A stretch of 64,000 nucleotides of DNA, from positions 13,702,001 to 13,766,000 of the forward strand of contig OZ024747.1 in NCBI GenBank assembly GCA_964016885.1. Reading direction: 5' to 3'. Under the pieces are notes generated by a model. The model searched no databases. It had not been told where the DNA came from and was given only the letters and a program-made list of their open reading frames with translations. Source of the DNA: Eledone cirrhosa (lineage: Eukaryota). Of the stretch, positions 51,082 to 64,000 are shown in pieces. Numbering within the stretch: the first letter of the stretch is position 1; each line of letters starts with the position of its first letter. The translations under genes were made by a program, and so were the position numbers.

Positions 51082-51214
51082 ATTATTATAAAGAAAAATG
51101 AAAATAACATTGATATTGCAGTCTCTGCCTTATGTCAAAAAGACTAGTGACTTTTTCTGGGAGGTGTGGGATAGACACACAAAGGTTGCGTATCCTGGGA
51201 CTCCAAAGAGGATT

Positions 51215-51580
51215 CAGAAGGGAGCAAATGTTAATTGGCATCTCGAACATAACAACCCTTACAGATAAGGAACGGGAAATAGTGGAGGAGGCTAGATATT
51301 ACTGGCTAGATATAGTTGGTGTTTCATCAAAGGTGGATGGAAACTCTACTAGTCAATTGTGGTGCCTGAAAGGACTGCAGGCAGGAGTGGAGATACTCCC
51401 CAATTTCTGGCTGTCAGAATGTTATGGAATAGATCCCATTGGAAAAGAGGATTTGCCTCTTGAAGCTTGGATAATGACTAAAAGAATACAATTATGGGGT
51501 TCCTCCAAAGGGTCTCTAGAGTAATGTTACTCAATAGGGTATGGAGCTCAGAGATCAGGGAGTCACTCCAGGTAGAGCCA
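51215..51580 (+). pseudogene. Internally deleted, decayed RTE (Expander-like): APE N-terminus fused to C-terminal region
   Basis: LIGISNITTLTDKEREIVEEARYYWLDIVGVSS..GWKLY..QAGVEIL..IPLEKRICLLKL joined to GFLQRVSRVMLLNRVWSSEIRESLQVEP. A different RTE lineage from 11129-14634. Confidence 0.7.
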
Positions 51581-51591
51581 GTAGTAGTAGT

Positions 51592-51820
51592 AATAATATT
51601 GGTTTCTGATTTAGGCATATGGCCAACAATATTTGGAGAGGGGAAAGACAATTAAATCAACCCCAGTGCATTACTGGTACTTTGTTTTATCAACCCTGTA
51701 AGGATGAAAAGCAAAGCTAACCTTGGTGGGATTGAACTCAGAATGTAAAGGGACGTAACTGTATGTTGCAAAGCATATTGACCGTCATTCTACAGATACA
51801 GCCAATCCACTGCCCTTAAT
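51592..51820 (-). mobile_element. Family-A SINE (long 3' variant)
   Basis: Reverse complement of the family consensus from GGGCAGTGGATTGGC to AGAAACC. Confidence 0.85.
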
Positions 51821-53934
51821 GATGATAATAATAACGAATAATGAAAGATGATGGTGGTGGTGGTGTTCATAAAAAACAGTGGAAATGCAATTTTTATTTT
51901 CTTTCAAGGACTTTCGCTAATTAGTATTTCAAGAATTTGAAAATGCAAAAACAAAATAAAAGCATATATACAAAGAAAAATAAGCTCCCCCCACCAAAAT
52001 TAAGAAAGAAAATAAATCACATAGCTGAATTGTGTTCAGTACTCACTTTCATTTCCACATGTGTTGCATTTTTGCAACTAAAGAATTTTGTTTAGTTTTT
52101 TATATTCAAACGTGATGTGAAAATTACATTTGATTATGTTACAAATTGATTATTTTTTTTTAACAAAGACAATTTCTGTGAGGTGTGAACTAAATTTCAA
52201 AATAATTTTCGATTAACTCAATCAGGATTCTAAGTCACATGACTGCATTTTGTTTATGTTCTTATGTGTATTGGGTGTATTTTATTTTTTTCCTTTTAAA
52301 ATTTCAACCATTTAAAAAAAATTTTTATCTAATATTTTCATGATTTAGATCCCGTGACTTCCTTCTCTCTCTCTCTCCCTCCCACGCTCATATTTTATCC
52401 AACTTTTATCAGATGACGAAGTGGTAGTCATTATTATATTGGATAGAATGCTTTGTGGTATTTGTTCTGGCTGTCTGCCCTTAATTCAAATCCTTCTGAG
52501 GTCAACTTTGCCTTTCATCCTTTCAAGTTTGATAAAGTACCAGTTAAATATTGGGGCCAGTTCTAACTTCTGTCTCTCACTTGTGCTCTCTATTTTTCTG
52601 GAAGAAATGGGCTCTCCTGATCTGGAGAAGGATATTGTCTTGCTAGATATAAATGCCCAAGATGTATATAATTGCTGCACTTCTTCATCTCCACCAGGAG
52701 TTAAGGGTTGATGTCACAGCATGGCATTACCAGTGGACTTTGTAAATATTGTAGCATTAGCACAAGAGAAATTATATTCTTCAGGTCCTTCTATAAGTTT
52801 TATTTTATAAATTTTTTACCTGGTTTCCTAGGCAATTTGCTTTCGATGACGTAAATTAAATTTTTAAATCATTTTCAATTAACTCAGATTTTAAGTCAGA
52901 TGATTGCATCTTATTTACATTCTTATGGTATAGGATATATATATATATATATATTTTTCTTTCAATGATATTTCAACTATTTTGGTTTTGTAATATTTTC
53001 ATGATTTAAATCCTGTGACTTGACTATCTTTCTCATCTCCTCCTTTCTTTATCTCCCTCTTTCTTTCTCCATTTTCATCTTTCATCCAACTATCATCAAT
53101 ATCCCATTCACTAGGTGAGGTGGGTGGCCTAGTGGTAAGGGTTTGGGATTCATGATCATGAGGTTGTGGGCTTGATTCCTGAACCAGATGCCACAGTGTG
53201 TTCTTGAACAAGACACCTCATTCTATGTTGCTTTTTATGAGAAGATTGTGGCTCCTTTGATTAAAACATCCAAGAAACCCATGAAATGTAACCTCATAAG
53301 AGGTCAGCTAAACCTTTATATGTGTCAGCTGTAAATTTCATTTAATTATCACCAATTGACTGCATGTAGTTATTGTAGCAATTGCACAAGAGGTTATGTT
53401 GTGTGATCAAGGTGCCTCTATAATCTATATGTTTTGTTTGAGGGTACCAGCTCTCCTAGACAGGTTGCTTTCCATGACTCATTATTAGCTAGTATCAATT
53501 ATTTCTATGACAAACACTCATTTCTACTTTGCTAAAATTGTATTTTGTTTGTCTGCATTTATAGAGTGGCATTTACATTGGTACTGCCTACTAGCAGTCA
53601 AATGTGTTTTGGGGGAAAAAAGCTGCATTTAGGTGCATGCTTGTCATGCAATTAAATGCAAACACTAAACACAGTCTGTCTGCTAATTGTACAGTTTGTT
53701 GTTATTCAATTTCATAAAGCTATGGTTCTCTGTTGTCGTTTGTTTTGATCTGTATTTTTCCTGATTGATTGCCATTTCATTTATTTATTTGAAAAATAAT
53801 AATAATAAAGAAAAATTGAGCAAGCAAGTAAGCTGCTTCTTATTTTGTTCAACACATTCTTTAACTAAGCAATAAGCTACAATGACAGAAAAACTATTTA
53901 AAAAAAATCTTCAATAGAAAAAAAGTACATTGTT

Positions 53935-54140
53935 TACTTTTACTTGTTTCAGTCATTAGACTATGACCATGCTGGGGCACTGTTTTCTTTTACTTGTTTC
54001 AGTCATTAGACTGTGACCATGCTGGGGCACTGCTTTGAAGGGATTTATTGATCATATCAACCCAGTACATATTTTTTAAAGTTTGCTTTTTGTCGAACTT
54101 CTAATTTACAGGGCATAAATAGCGGTACAAATATGAACAC
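53935..54140 (-). mobile_element. SINE 3' region with a tandem ~50-bp duplication of its tail
   Basis: CTTTTACTTGTTTCAGTCATTAGACT.TGACCATGCTGGGGCACTG occurs twice in tandem. The same tail appears at ~7400-7430(+), 44195-44240(-) and 45395-45430(+). Confidence 0.7.
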
Positions 54141-54452
54141 AGATGCAGACACACACATACACATATATGACAAGACTCCACACACACATACTTGCATATA
54201 GTTAAATACATGGAAAGAAATGGAGCTAACATGTTCTGTTAAATGCATAATATTAGCTCATTTGATACCAAACTGCCTTAGTTTTGATACAAAGCTGCTT
54301 ATTTTAAACCTTTTATATTTATCTAAAACTTTAACCATAGTTTTATGATAGAAACTTTAAATTCCAAACAGAAAGTTAGATATATATCTAAATCCTTCCA
54401 AATTTTTAAATATATTCAAAATTATATATGAAATATCGCCGTGAAGAGATTA

Positions 54453-54779
54453 ATGTGTGTGAAGAACAAAGTATGAGTGAGCTGAGAGAAAAACTCGATG
54501 TAAGAGGAATCAGATGCAGTGTACAAGAGAGATTACTGGTATGGTCATGATCTCTAGGGATGATGACCATTGGGTGAAACAATTTAAAAAGATTTTAGTG
54601 GGAAGAAGCTGCAGTTGAGGAAGACTGAGAAAAACCTGTGCAGAAGTGGTCAGAACTAATCACAGATTGCTGAAATTCATAACAGGGATTATGAAAGAAT
54701 GCAATGAGTGGAAAAAAAGCTATACTGGAAAAGACTCATGCAAGCATGAAAAACTGGTCTTAAAATGATGATGATGATA
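54453..54779 (+). pseudogene. Decayed RTE 3' fragment
   Basis: EEQSMSELREKLDVRGIRCSVQER..WYGH..GRLRKT.. followed by CATGCAAGCATGAAAA..TTAAAA(TGA)n. Confidence 0.75.
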
Positions 54780-55297
54780 CATTTATTTAAAAGAAAAATA
54801 CCATCTAATATAATGATCTTAGTGATTATTTTGATAAAACCTACTTCATTTCCATTGCTGGGTGATGTAAACTGCAGCAGACTTCTCTGTTATGAATACA
54901 ATTGGTTTTAGTACTTTGTTGATGAGTTATAAAGAATGCAGAGTAATTTCATAGTTTTAGTTGTCTACTGTAGTGATTGCTGTAGTGTCATGTTAGTACA
55001 GTCTACAGTATATATATATATATATTTATGAGTTTATTAACTTTTTTGTTTTTATCTACGTTTTTAATCAGTATATTCTCTGATTGTTTCTAAGCATCAT
55101 ATAATTCATGAGCATATACACATATGTTTAATATTTGTACATATATATTAATAGCACTATATTGTACTTAAGATAAGTAGAAGTGCAAGGTAAACTTAAG
55201 AGTGAATGTTCTTTATATAATAAACACACAATTTAGTCTCACTGTAAAAAGTAAACATGTTTTTTACTAAAATAAAATCACTCATACACAAACAAAC

Positions 55298-55300
<3 letters not shown>

Positions 55301-55385
<85 letters not shown>
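55301..55385. repeat. (CA)n microsatellite
   Basis: About 42 perfect CA units. Confidence 0.98.
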
Positions 55386-55388
<3 letters not shown>

Positions 55389-56201
55389 ATTATCTCCATT
55401 TTACATATATTTTCCATGTTTGATGGGTTGTCAAGATCTGAGACTAGATGTTTCAGAGAACCACTTCTTGCTCATACATTTCATGCCTTGTATAATTTCA
55501 ACAGATGAATGCCCTTCCAAATGCTAGCAAATTTATAATGCACTAAGTGCATTTTATTGACAAGATCATATTGGAGCTAATATCTAGTTCTTTCTTATAT
55601 GGTGTCTGGTATTGGCAAATGTACAAGCTGACAGTATCTCTGCTAGATGTTAGTGATCACTGTGAATTGGTGGTCTCTGTTCTTAATGTTGTGGGCTCAC
55701 TGGTTCATTGTGCCTATTAAAAGGGGTGCCCCCCCCCCCCCCCCCTCCCTCATTGTTTGTACCATCTTGGGAGTTCTGGTATTACTGCATCACGGGTGGC
55801 TGAGTGGAATTTTTGGAGGAAATTGATCTCATTGGTCATGTTTTGCAGCCATGTTGAAGAATGGTGTGAATGAAAATTCAATTTTTGTGGTCAGATAGAT
55901 CTCTGACCTAGACATGATCCAGCTATAAGTTTAGAATGACCAGAACTCAATATTTACTCTTTCATTATCATATGTCTAATGAAATACTCTACTTTTTTGT
56001 TTAATTTAATTTTGAAAATAGCTAAACATTTGAAGGAATTTAGAATAATTTTTTTCATTAGTACACTGATGTATAGAACATTACTTATTAAAAACTTCTA
56101 AAATATAATCATGTTGAAAGGATTTTATATAAGTATATTATAAGATGAGTAGTTTTGTATTATAACTCTCAGGTAGTTTCAGGTCCTATTAGTATCAAAA
56201 G

Positions 56202-56315
56202 TTAACCATCTGAACCTGTTCTGAATAGCCATCACTGAATATTAACCATCTCAAGCTATTTAGAAGAGCCATCACTCAACATTAACCATTTGAATCTGTA
56301 TAGAATAACCATCAC
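56202..56315. repeat. Three diverged 40-bp tandem units
   Basis: TTAACCAT recurs at 56202, 56242 and 56282, with CCATCAC near the end of each unit. Confidence 0.8.
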
Positions 56316-56618
56316 CCAGTCATGACATTCTCATCCTATTAGTTTAGAAAGCAACTTGAACATTTTCTTTAGATGTTCTTGACCGCTTCCCAAATCTTAA
56401 AGATCACATATATCTATCTATCTTCTCTCTTCAGACAGTATTAAATTGATTATCTCATCAATCTGCTTGATCTCTATTGATATCTAATCTTTATTGATTC
56501 AAGTAATAACAGACAAGCTGTGTTTTATTCAATATATATATGATTGTAGTATTGGCCAAATCTCCTACTGTCTCTCCAATGTTGAGCACATATATGCGTG
56601 TGTGCATGCATGATCATC

Positions 56619-56667
<49 letters not shown>

Positions 56668-58619
56668 GTGGTTAAATCTTATGTTTCTTCTACTGCTTAC
56701 ATCATTACAGTACCATAAAGTCTCATGTGACTGCTCCTATCATGTCCAATAGATATTTGAAAAGCTATCTACTAGAATGTTCCACTTCAGTGAACACTGC
56801 AGGGAAATTATACTTAATAATTAATATGCCTTCTCCTCTTATATCCTCTTCATCAGACCTTTTCACTCATATCCAGCTGGTCATCGGAATATATGATCAC
56901 TTTATCCTGTCTATCCAATCTTCTATCTTGTAGCTGTTTGATATAATAACACTAAAGATGATGGAAGAGGAAATGGAAAGTAGGGACATGGTGAGAAGGT
57001 GTACAGATGATTGGATAAAATTGAGAAGCTTTTTGTGGGGCTCGCAAAGTTAATCCGTGTTTTAAATGAGGAAAATGGTTTTAAAATGGTTGTTGTATTG
57101 TAGTCATCCATGAATTTTATTTTCCATCTGTTTCCTGTTAGAATCCAACTGATTCAAAGAATTACAGCAGACAGTCAGTATAAGATCACTTAAACTGTTT
57201 TATATTTTGTGCCTTGGCTTAACCCTTTTGTGACATTAACTCTAATGAAATAGACTGTTTTAATAGATTAACCCCTCCCTCAGTTGTTGCTGATACTCAT
57301 TTATTTTCCAACTGAGTGAACTGAAGCAACATGAAATGAAGTATCTTGCTCAAGACCACAACACATCACCCTGTTTATTAATTAAACTCATGACCTTATG
57401 ATCATAAGTTTAATACTCTTATCATTAGGCCACACACCTTCACTATGTAGTGAATAGACTAAGTACTAGTTATACATTCAGGTTGAAATGAAAACATGAA
57501 ATTTACAACTCACACAGCTTACAAGGTTCCCTCTTATAGATTTCTTGGACGTTTTCATGAAAAGGACGTCAGTCCTATCTTGAAAAGCAATGTGAAATGA
57601 AGCATTTTGCTCAAGAACATAATGTGCTGCCCTAATTTAGGAATTGAATCCATAACCTTATTGTACACGTGCCTTCACTATATGATCAATCGATTATAAC
57701 TACTAGTGATACATTAGGGTTGATATTATTAATTATTACTCTTCATCAAAAGCTTCATATCAATGGTGAAAATCGTTATTGTCTGTGATTAAAATGTTTT
57801 GCCTGTGGAAATAAACATAGTAGGGAGCTTGATTAGATTATTTGCAGCATCTAAATTTGAGCCAGCCTTAGGATTTATTTTAACTTCAAATTCCTCTTTC
57901 CCACTCTCTGATTTTTAGCTCCTGCTGGAGTATCTGTAGCTTTGGTAATTCAATTAATTCTACCAATCCTCACTCTTGATAACTCATGGAATTCAATCTT
58001 GAATTACAGTTAATTACATTTAAATTTTTCAATCTTGCCTTTTGTTGCTTTTCACATGTCTTTAGCAGTCTTTTGCTTAATGTGAGTGTGTGTGTGTGTC
58101 AGTCTGTCTGTCAGTGTGTGCATGCAAGTGTGTATATGTGTGTGTGTGTGTGTGTCTGTCAGTGTGTGCATGCAAGTGTGTATATGTGTAAGTATTTAAG
58201 TGTATATGCAAAAATGCATGTGTATCGAAATGTCTATGCATATGCTTGCACATGTCTGTGTGCTTGTATATGTGAATATGTGTGTACATATGAATGTTTA
58301 TACATATGCATGAAATTGTGTGTGTGCATCTGAATATGTGCATTAGCATGTGAGCCTGTGTGTGTGTGCATACAAATGTGTGCATGTAAATGGTATATAT
58401 GAATGTGTGTATGTATATGCATAGATGAGCTTCTGTGTGCGTGTTTATAGCTTCATCAAATATATTTTCACTTCTTGCTATATTAAATAAACTGATTTTT
58501 CTAGCCATTTCTTTGTGATTTTATCATCTTTAATTGCCTACTTCTCTAATCGCTCTACACAATCATTTTAATTGAGCAATTGCTTCTTACACCTTTCTTT
58601 TTTTCTTCAATAAAATGTA

Positions 58620-58840
58620 CTATCACCACCATTATTTGCTATCAACACTATCACCACCACCAACATCACTACCATCATCATCATCACCACCAACATAATC
58701 ACCATCACAATCATCATTACCACCATCATAAACACTACCACAATCATTATCAACACCATAACCACCACCACATCACCCACCATCATCATCATCATCACCA
58801 CCACCACCATCATCATCATCATCACCACCATCGTCACCAC
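58620..58840. repeat. (CAT/CAC/CAA)n trinucleotide low-complexity tract
   Basis: Direct reading; source of the poly-His ORF. Confidence 0.92.
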
Positions 58841-61364
58841 TATTTCTTTTGTATTTCCTCATTGTAAAGAAAATATTATCTATAGGGAAAAAAAGGAAAG
58901 GTAGTATTATTACCATAAATATAATGGCTGTTGTAGTGTGACATAAAGCTTTCAGTTAATGTAATCTGGAGATCACCTTTGATTCATCATCATTATCACA
59001 CCTGGTTTTCCATTATTCTTTGGACTGTAAAGCATTTAATCCATCTCAATTTTTCACTTGGCTGTGTTAATAATTCTTTCTAATATTGGCACAAGGCCAG
59101 CAATTTGGGAAAAGGGAAAAGTAGATTATATTGCCTCTAGTACTTAACTGGTACTTTATTTTATCGACCTCAGGAAGATGAAAGGCAAAGTTAACCCTGG
59201 TGGGATTTGAATGTAGATGGATTATGAAATATGCAATGCATTTCAGCCAGTGCTATACAAATACTGTTAGTACATTGTTCATTTTAAAGTATTTATATTC
59301 AAATTTAAACCTTCCATTATAATTCTCTCTGCTGGATTAATATTAATGGATTCTAAACATAATGTGTTGATTACCGGCCACAGATTATAAATAGGGTTTG
59401 GATTTTTGCCTATTTCTCAAACAAAAATAGGGGTTCAGCTTATATTTGTGTATATATTGTAAGATGGAAATGTTTGCTGGTGTTACTGGTTTTAATTGAA
59501 AAGGATTTGTATTCTTCTTTACCTTTCTCATCAAACCTCAGGCAAGAAGTCCACATGAACAATGTTATTGATAGTAGCACTAACATAGCAGGAATCATGA
59601 TAGAAGTATATATGAAAGCATGTATGACATGTTTATGTAAAATAAACATATATAATCTCAAACAAGTTAAACATCAACTATATGCAAAGAAACTTCATAG
59701 CTTATTCTAGACCTAACACCAAGTGTGTAAATGTGACTGATGGATAAAAAATCCTGAAACAGTAGCAACTGGTATTCTCACCATGATACATATATAATAT
59801 ATGCTCCTAGAATGCTATTTTATAAATTGTAATTATTACTGTCTATGTGTGAAGCTTTCTTTCACACACCAGAGTTTGAACTCTTTATAAAGCTTCATAA
59901 AAATAAAATTCCTTCAACAATACTCTGGCATCACTCTCTCTCATAAAACATATCGTTGGCTTTAGGCATTTTCTTCTTTATAACATAGATTCCTCAAGTA
60001 GCTGTCTAAATTTTGCAAAATGTTGATACTGATCTTGAATCAAGAAAGGTGATAAAAGAATTTTCATTATTATTCTCTTTTCATACTCTATTTATTTCCC
60101 CAATTTTATTTTTATTCCCTTCATACTTTTATATATTTATTTCTATATTTTATTAGTTTTTTTGATATGTCATTTCTTATATTTTCAATGGAATCTCAAG
60201 AACCTTTCAATGGAATCAAGGGAACCTTTCCTGCTATAATCTTTATTGGATTAAAAAAGAGAGAAAATATAAAAACAAATCTTAATTCTGAAAATATTTC
60301 AGCTCAAAATAGTTTCACTCTTCATCTTTACTATGCTGTTCTATTTTGATTTTAAAGTTTCTTTTTTATTTCTCTATCTTGTATTCGAGATTTTGTAAGA
60401 ATTTATTTTCCACTCTCTTGAGCAGAAAGGATAGAAACTGACTTTTAAGATACTATTTTTACTGGCCATATTGTTGTGATGGTGAAGTTGAATTCAAATT
60501 TTCCTACATTCATCATTTTTGCTTCTGAGCAGCAAGATATATTACTATGGTTACATCATAGTGTATAGAGAGGCACCAGACAGTTGTAAGAATTTAAGAG
60601 GCTGGCCACTGTAAAATATTATAGACTGACACCCTATCTTGTGGATGGTTTTACAAAAGGTTTGAGTAACTATTAGCTGTTCATAGTTGAACAAGAAAAG
60701 CTGACCTCCAACTGTAAGTATACTTATTTAAACAAATATATATATATATATAAAGTACAGACATGATTGTGTGGTTAAGGAATTCATTTTACAATCATAT
60801 GGTTTCAGGTTTAGTGCCACTTCTTGACACCTTAGGCAAATATCTTCTACTATAATCATCAGTTGATAGAAAACCTGCCAAACAAATGGTCAGAAGGACT
60901 CTTTAGCTGTGTCAGAAACAACAACTTCCCCAGTGCTGGTATCATGATAAAATGCATTTGGTAGGGGTCAGGATCTTGCATGAGTTGCAGGCTGCTGGCT
61001 TATCGGAGCACTTGATAGAGTGAGGGGATGCAAGATGCAGGCCCCCTGCTTCAACTGAGAGATCAGTAGCTCCACTTGAGTACTGACCCAGTCTGTAGAC
61101 CACCTGTCCAACTCTTGCTAGCAGGGAAAGTGGATGATGATGATGAACTACTCAGTGGCAAAGTTTGCTTCGTTTCACTGTGTAAATTCTCAGAACAATG
61201 TACTGAAACACTGTTACACATTACAATGTATAACAACTTACAGATATTAGTTGTGTTGCCTGTTACTTAGTGTATATCAATGTGTTTGATTGTTTGTTTG
61301 TGTATGTATGTATGTATGTATGTATGTATGTATGTATATGTATATACATATGTATGTATGTATG

Positions 61365-61405
<41 letters not shown>

Positions 61406-62197
61406 CATTGATTGAAAGCCCAATTTTCAATTGGTTGAACCTGTGCTGTTTTTGACAGCTATATTTAAGGTATTTAAATTAATACATTATTCACTTAATC
61501 AATAATTTATCTTTTTTTGTCTTTTACTTTATCTTCAATCTGAAATAGTATTATGGTACTTGCTGACCCTTAACACATTCATTGATATCAGCTTAAACAA
61601 GACAGATGTTACAATCCATATATATATATATATTTACTAACTACTGTATTACTGAGACCACTTGGTAAGAAGCCAGCTCAAATTTCAAGTTAGTTTCATA
61701 TCAATTGGTGACTGAATATTTCTAGTTCAGCAAAGTTTGGTTAGAATCAATTGAAAATTATTACATATCACCTGTTTTTCAGTTTGATGCATAAGAAGTT
61801 AGTATCATCATCAATTCAATTCAACGTAGACTGTTGTTATTGACTTATGAGCTTAGGTTTTCATTGATCTACATTTACGCTGATTATTTTGACTTAAGCT
61901 GGAACTTATTTGATTTTGTTTTTTTTATAAAAGTTTTTTATAAAAGTTTTTTTATAAAATTCTTTTATATTTCTACTAGTCACACATTCTCAAAGGCTAT
62001 ATATGAAAATGTATACTAAACACAACTTGGTTGATTATGGAAGATGGACATTAAACGATGATGATGATGATGATGATGATATATATGTGTGTGTGTGTGT
62101 GTGTGTGTATGTAAAAGGAAAACATAAATATCAACACTATCGGTACAGTATATGGAAGGAATATATTAGATTAATGCTTGAAATAGCAGGAAGAAGG

Positions 62198-62233
62198 TCT
62201 TAACGTTTCAGACACTAGTACTTCATCAGAAGA
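62198..62233 (-). ncRNA. Minimal hammerhead motif with palindromic stem III (dimer type)
   Basis: Minus strand TCTT CTGATGA AGTACTAGTGTCT GAAA CGT T AAGA; weak stem II. The downstream 20 nt recur inverted at 62981-63000. Confidence 0.5.
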
Positions 62234-62368
62234 AAGAATGAGAAATAAGATAGATTGAAGGGACATGTATGTATATATTTGTGTGTGTGTGTATCTCTGA
62301 TTCTGTTATAAATAGGTTTGTTTGTAAATGTTTACATTTATCTAAAAACTTTCCATCATAATTTTATA

Positions 62369-62660
62369 TGAGTTCAATTCTCAGACCGGGTGATGTGTTG
62401 TTTCCTTGAGCAAGACACTTTATTTCACATTGCTCCAGTTTACTCAGCTGTAGAAATGAGATGATAGGGACTGGGGTCCATATCATTCCACTGCAAAGTG
62501 GTCGTGGAGGTGCCATGGCAAAAAAGCACCCAGCACTCACTGTAAATGAGGTTGGTGTTAGGAAGGGAATCCAGCTGTAGAAATCAAGCCAAAATCAGTT
62601 CCCGTCCCACCCTTGCAAGCAGGGAAAAAGCGGACGTAAAATGAAATGATGATGATGATG
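62369..62660 (+). mobile_element. Composite SINE (family-B head + RTE-type module + RTE 3' stem-loop) inserted into a family-1 MITE
   Basis: GAGTTCAATTC..CCTTGAGCAAGACACTT, then GTGGTCGTGGAGGTGCCA..AAAAAAGCACCCAG, GGTGTTAGGAAGGGAATCCAGCTGTAGAAATCAAGCC, CCCTTGCAAGCAGGGAAAAAGCGGACGTAAAA, (GAT)n. MITE halves at ~62300-62368 and 62661-62805. Confidence 0.85.
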
Positions 62661-64000
62661 AATCTTTCAGTAATGCTCCAGACAGTAGCTTCATAATGAA
62701 AAAATGAGGTATTTTACCAAATTCTTCCAAGTTTTTGATTACTTTCAAAATTATGTGAAATTTATAGGCAATATCTTCATTAGATATATGGTAATGAATG
62801 GGTTAAATTCTTGCACAATATTGTTACCTCTATTTTCTTTATGCCAGAAGATAGAAAGAAGTGAATTACACAAGACAGTCACTGCTGGGGTAAAAATATC
62901 CTTGAAGATCTTTACATTAATGAATAGGAATTGAAAACTTAAGTTATCTATCAATTTTTCTCTGAGAAATTACTTTTGAGACGTTAAGACCTTCTTCCTG
63001 AATGTGTGACACATTCTTGTTTAGTCCTGGTCAGCTCTTGACCAGACCTAAATACTAAGCAACTGATGGCTCATCAAGTCTGGCTTTAAATGGAAGGCAC
63101 AATAATATTTACCACTATCCAAGACATTTAACTTTTCAATAGTCTAGTATGCTTAGATACAAAATAAGGTTGGGAGTACTATTCAGCTGTGTCAAAGACC
63201 TGAAAACCTTGCTAGTTTGGGTACAACAATAAAACACTCTGTTGGGCATAGAATCATATGCAAGAAAGATGCAGGCCACCAGCCTATCTGAGCATTCAGT
63301 AGAATGCAGAAATGCATTTGAGATGCAGGCCCTACTTTCCCTGGCCCATCTAAGAGATCAGTAGCTTTATTTGAGTACCAACTTAGTCTGTTGATAACCT
63401 GTCCAAACCTTGCTTGCATGAAAAGTGGATGTTAAATGATGATGATGATGATGACAGTCTATTGCTGGTTTAGCAGAATGGAAGTGGTGTAGTGCCATTG
63501 ATGGAACATAAAATTCTAACTTAAGCCAATTTCTTAAGATTTTGATAAGCTAATAATGTTGCTTAAACATGACATAATTTTGGCAACAGAAAGAATTTGA
63601 AGATATAAACACGTACTTGGAACCTAGGAAAAGAATTATGGCAAGCCTTAGTAATGAAGGCAAACAAGGTTTTAAATTATATGGTAGATGTATAATTTCC
63701 CATCAGCAAGTTTTTATCTACTTTTCCTTTTTATTTTCTGTAAAGATTGAGTATGTGTAGAAGCCAATCATATTAAGTACCTTCCCCTGTCACTATGACC
63801 TTAACTGCTTGTTTAATATCTATCCAAAATTATTCTTTTGCAATGGTTCTAGTTAAGTAAGTAGCCTGGTTGAAATTTTCTGATTTTATATGGATCATAC
63901 TTTAATGTATGTGGCACATTGGTAGTTGTTAGTGCATTGAATTAAAAATACTTCAGTATTTGTTCCAGCTTTCTGCAGATTAACTTTACTTTTCTTCCTT

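Noticed and set aside
53090-53115. SEWDIDD resembling STX6 exon-2 IEWDLED
   Set aside because: On the minus strand, with no surrounding similarity.
58580-58867. Poly-His ORF
   Set aside because: (CAT/CAC)n microsatellite with no flanking coding signal.
59733-59781. CTGATGG..GAAACAG hammerhead-like string (similar weak cases at 20830, 48229, 50752)
   Set aside because: Core box or stems broken; cannot be distinguished from chance in AT-rich DNA.

Overview
Eukaryotic, very AT-rich, repeat-dense genomic DNA. The SINE/MITE/RTE repertoire and (TA)n/(TATG)n load suggest an octopod cephalopod (inference). The only host gene I can support is the start of a syntaxin-6/10 homologue: a CpG/ETS/CRE/YY1-type promoter at ~1680-1760 and a 35-nt first coding exon (1916-1950, MPLEDPFFVVR-E, GTGAGT donor). 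No exon 2 was found by eye, so the remaining ~62 kb is probably intron 1. That intron holds an ORF-intact antisense RTE-clade LINE (APE + RT + an inserted PHD-type finger) inside a ~6-kb TA/TATG microsatellite. It also holds three tRNA-derived SINE families, TTAA-flanked MITEs, a non-autonomous Helitron and several minisatellites. The most notable signal is a set of 100-250-bp non-coding islands, wedged into (TA)n tracts, that carry type-I hammerhead ribozyme motifs of several unrelated sequence families. Three have complete cores (4073-4141, 16765-16819, 20967-21027), two are weaker or minimal, several are decayed, and one has been turned into a 118-bp palindrome. Almost all long ORFs in the supplied track are microsatellite artefacts. 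All structures were read by eye; repeat boundaries are approximate.
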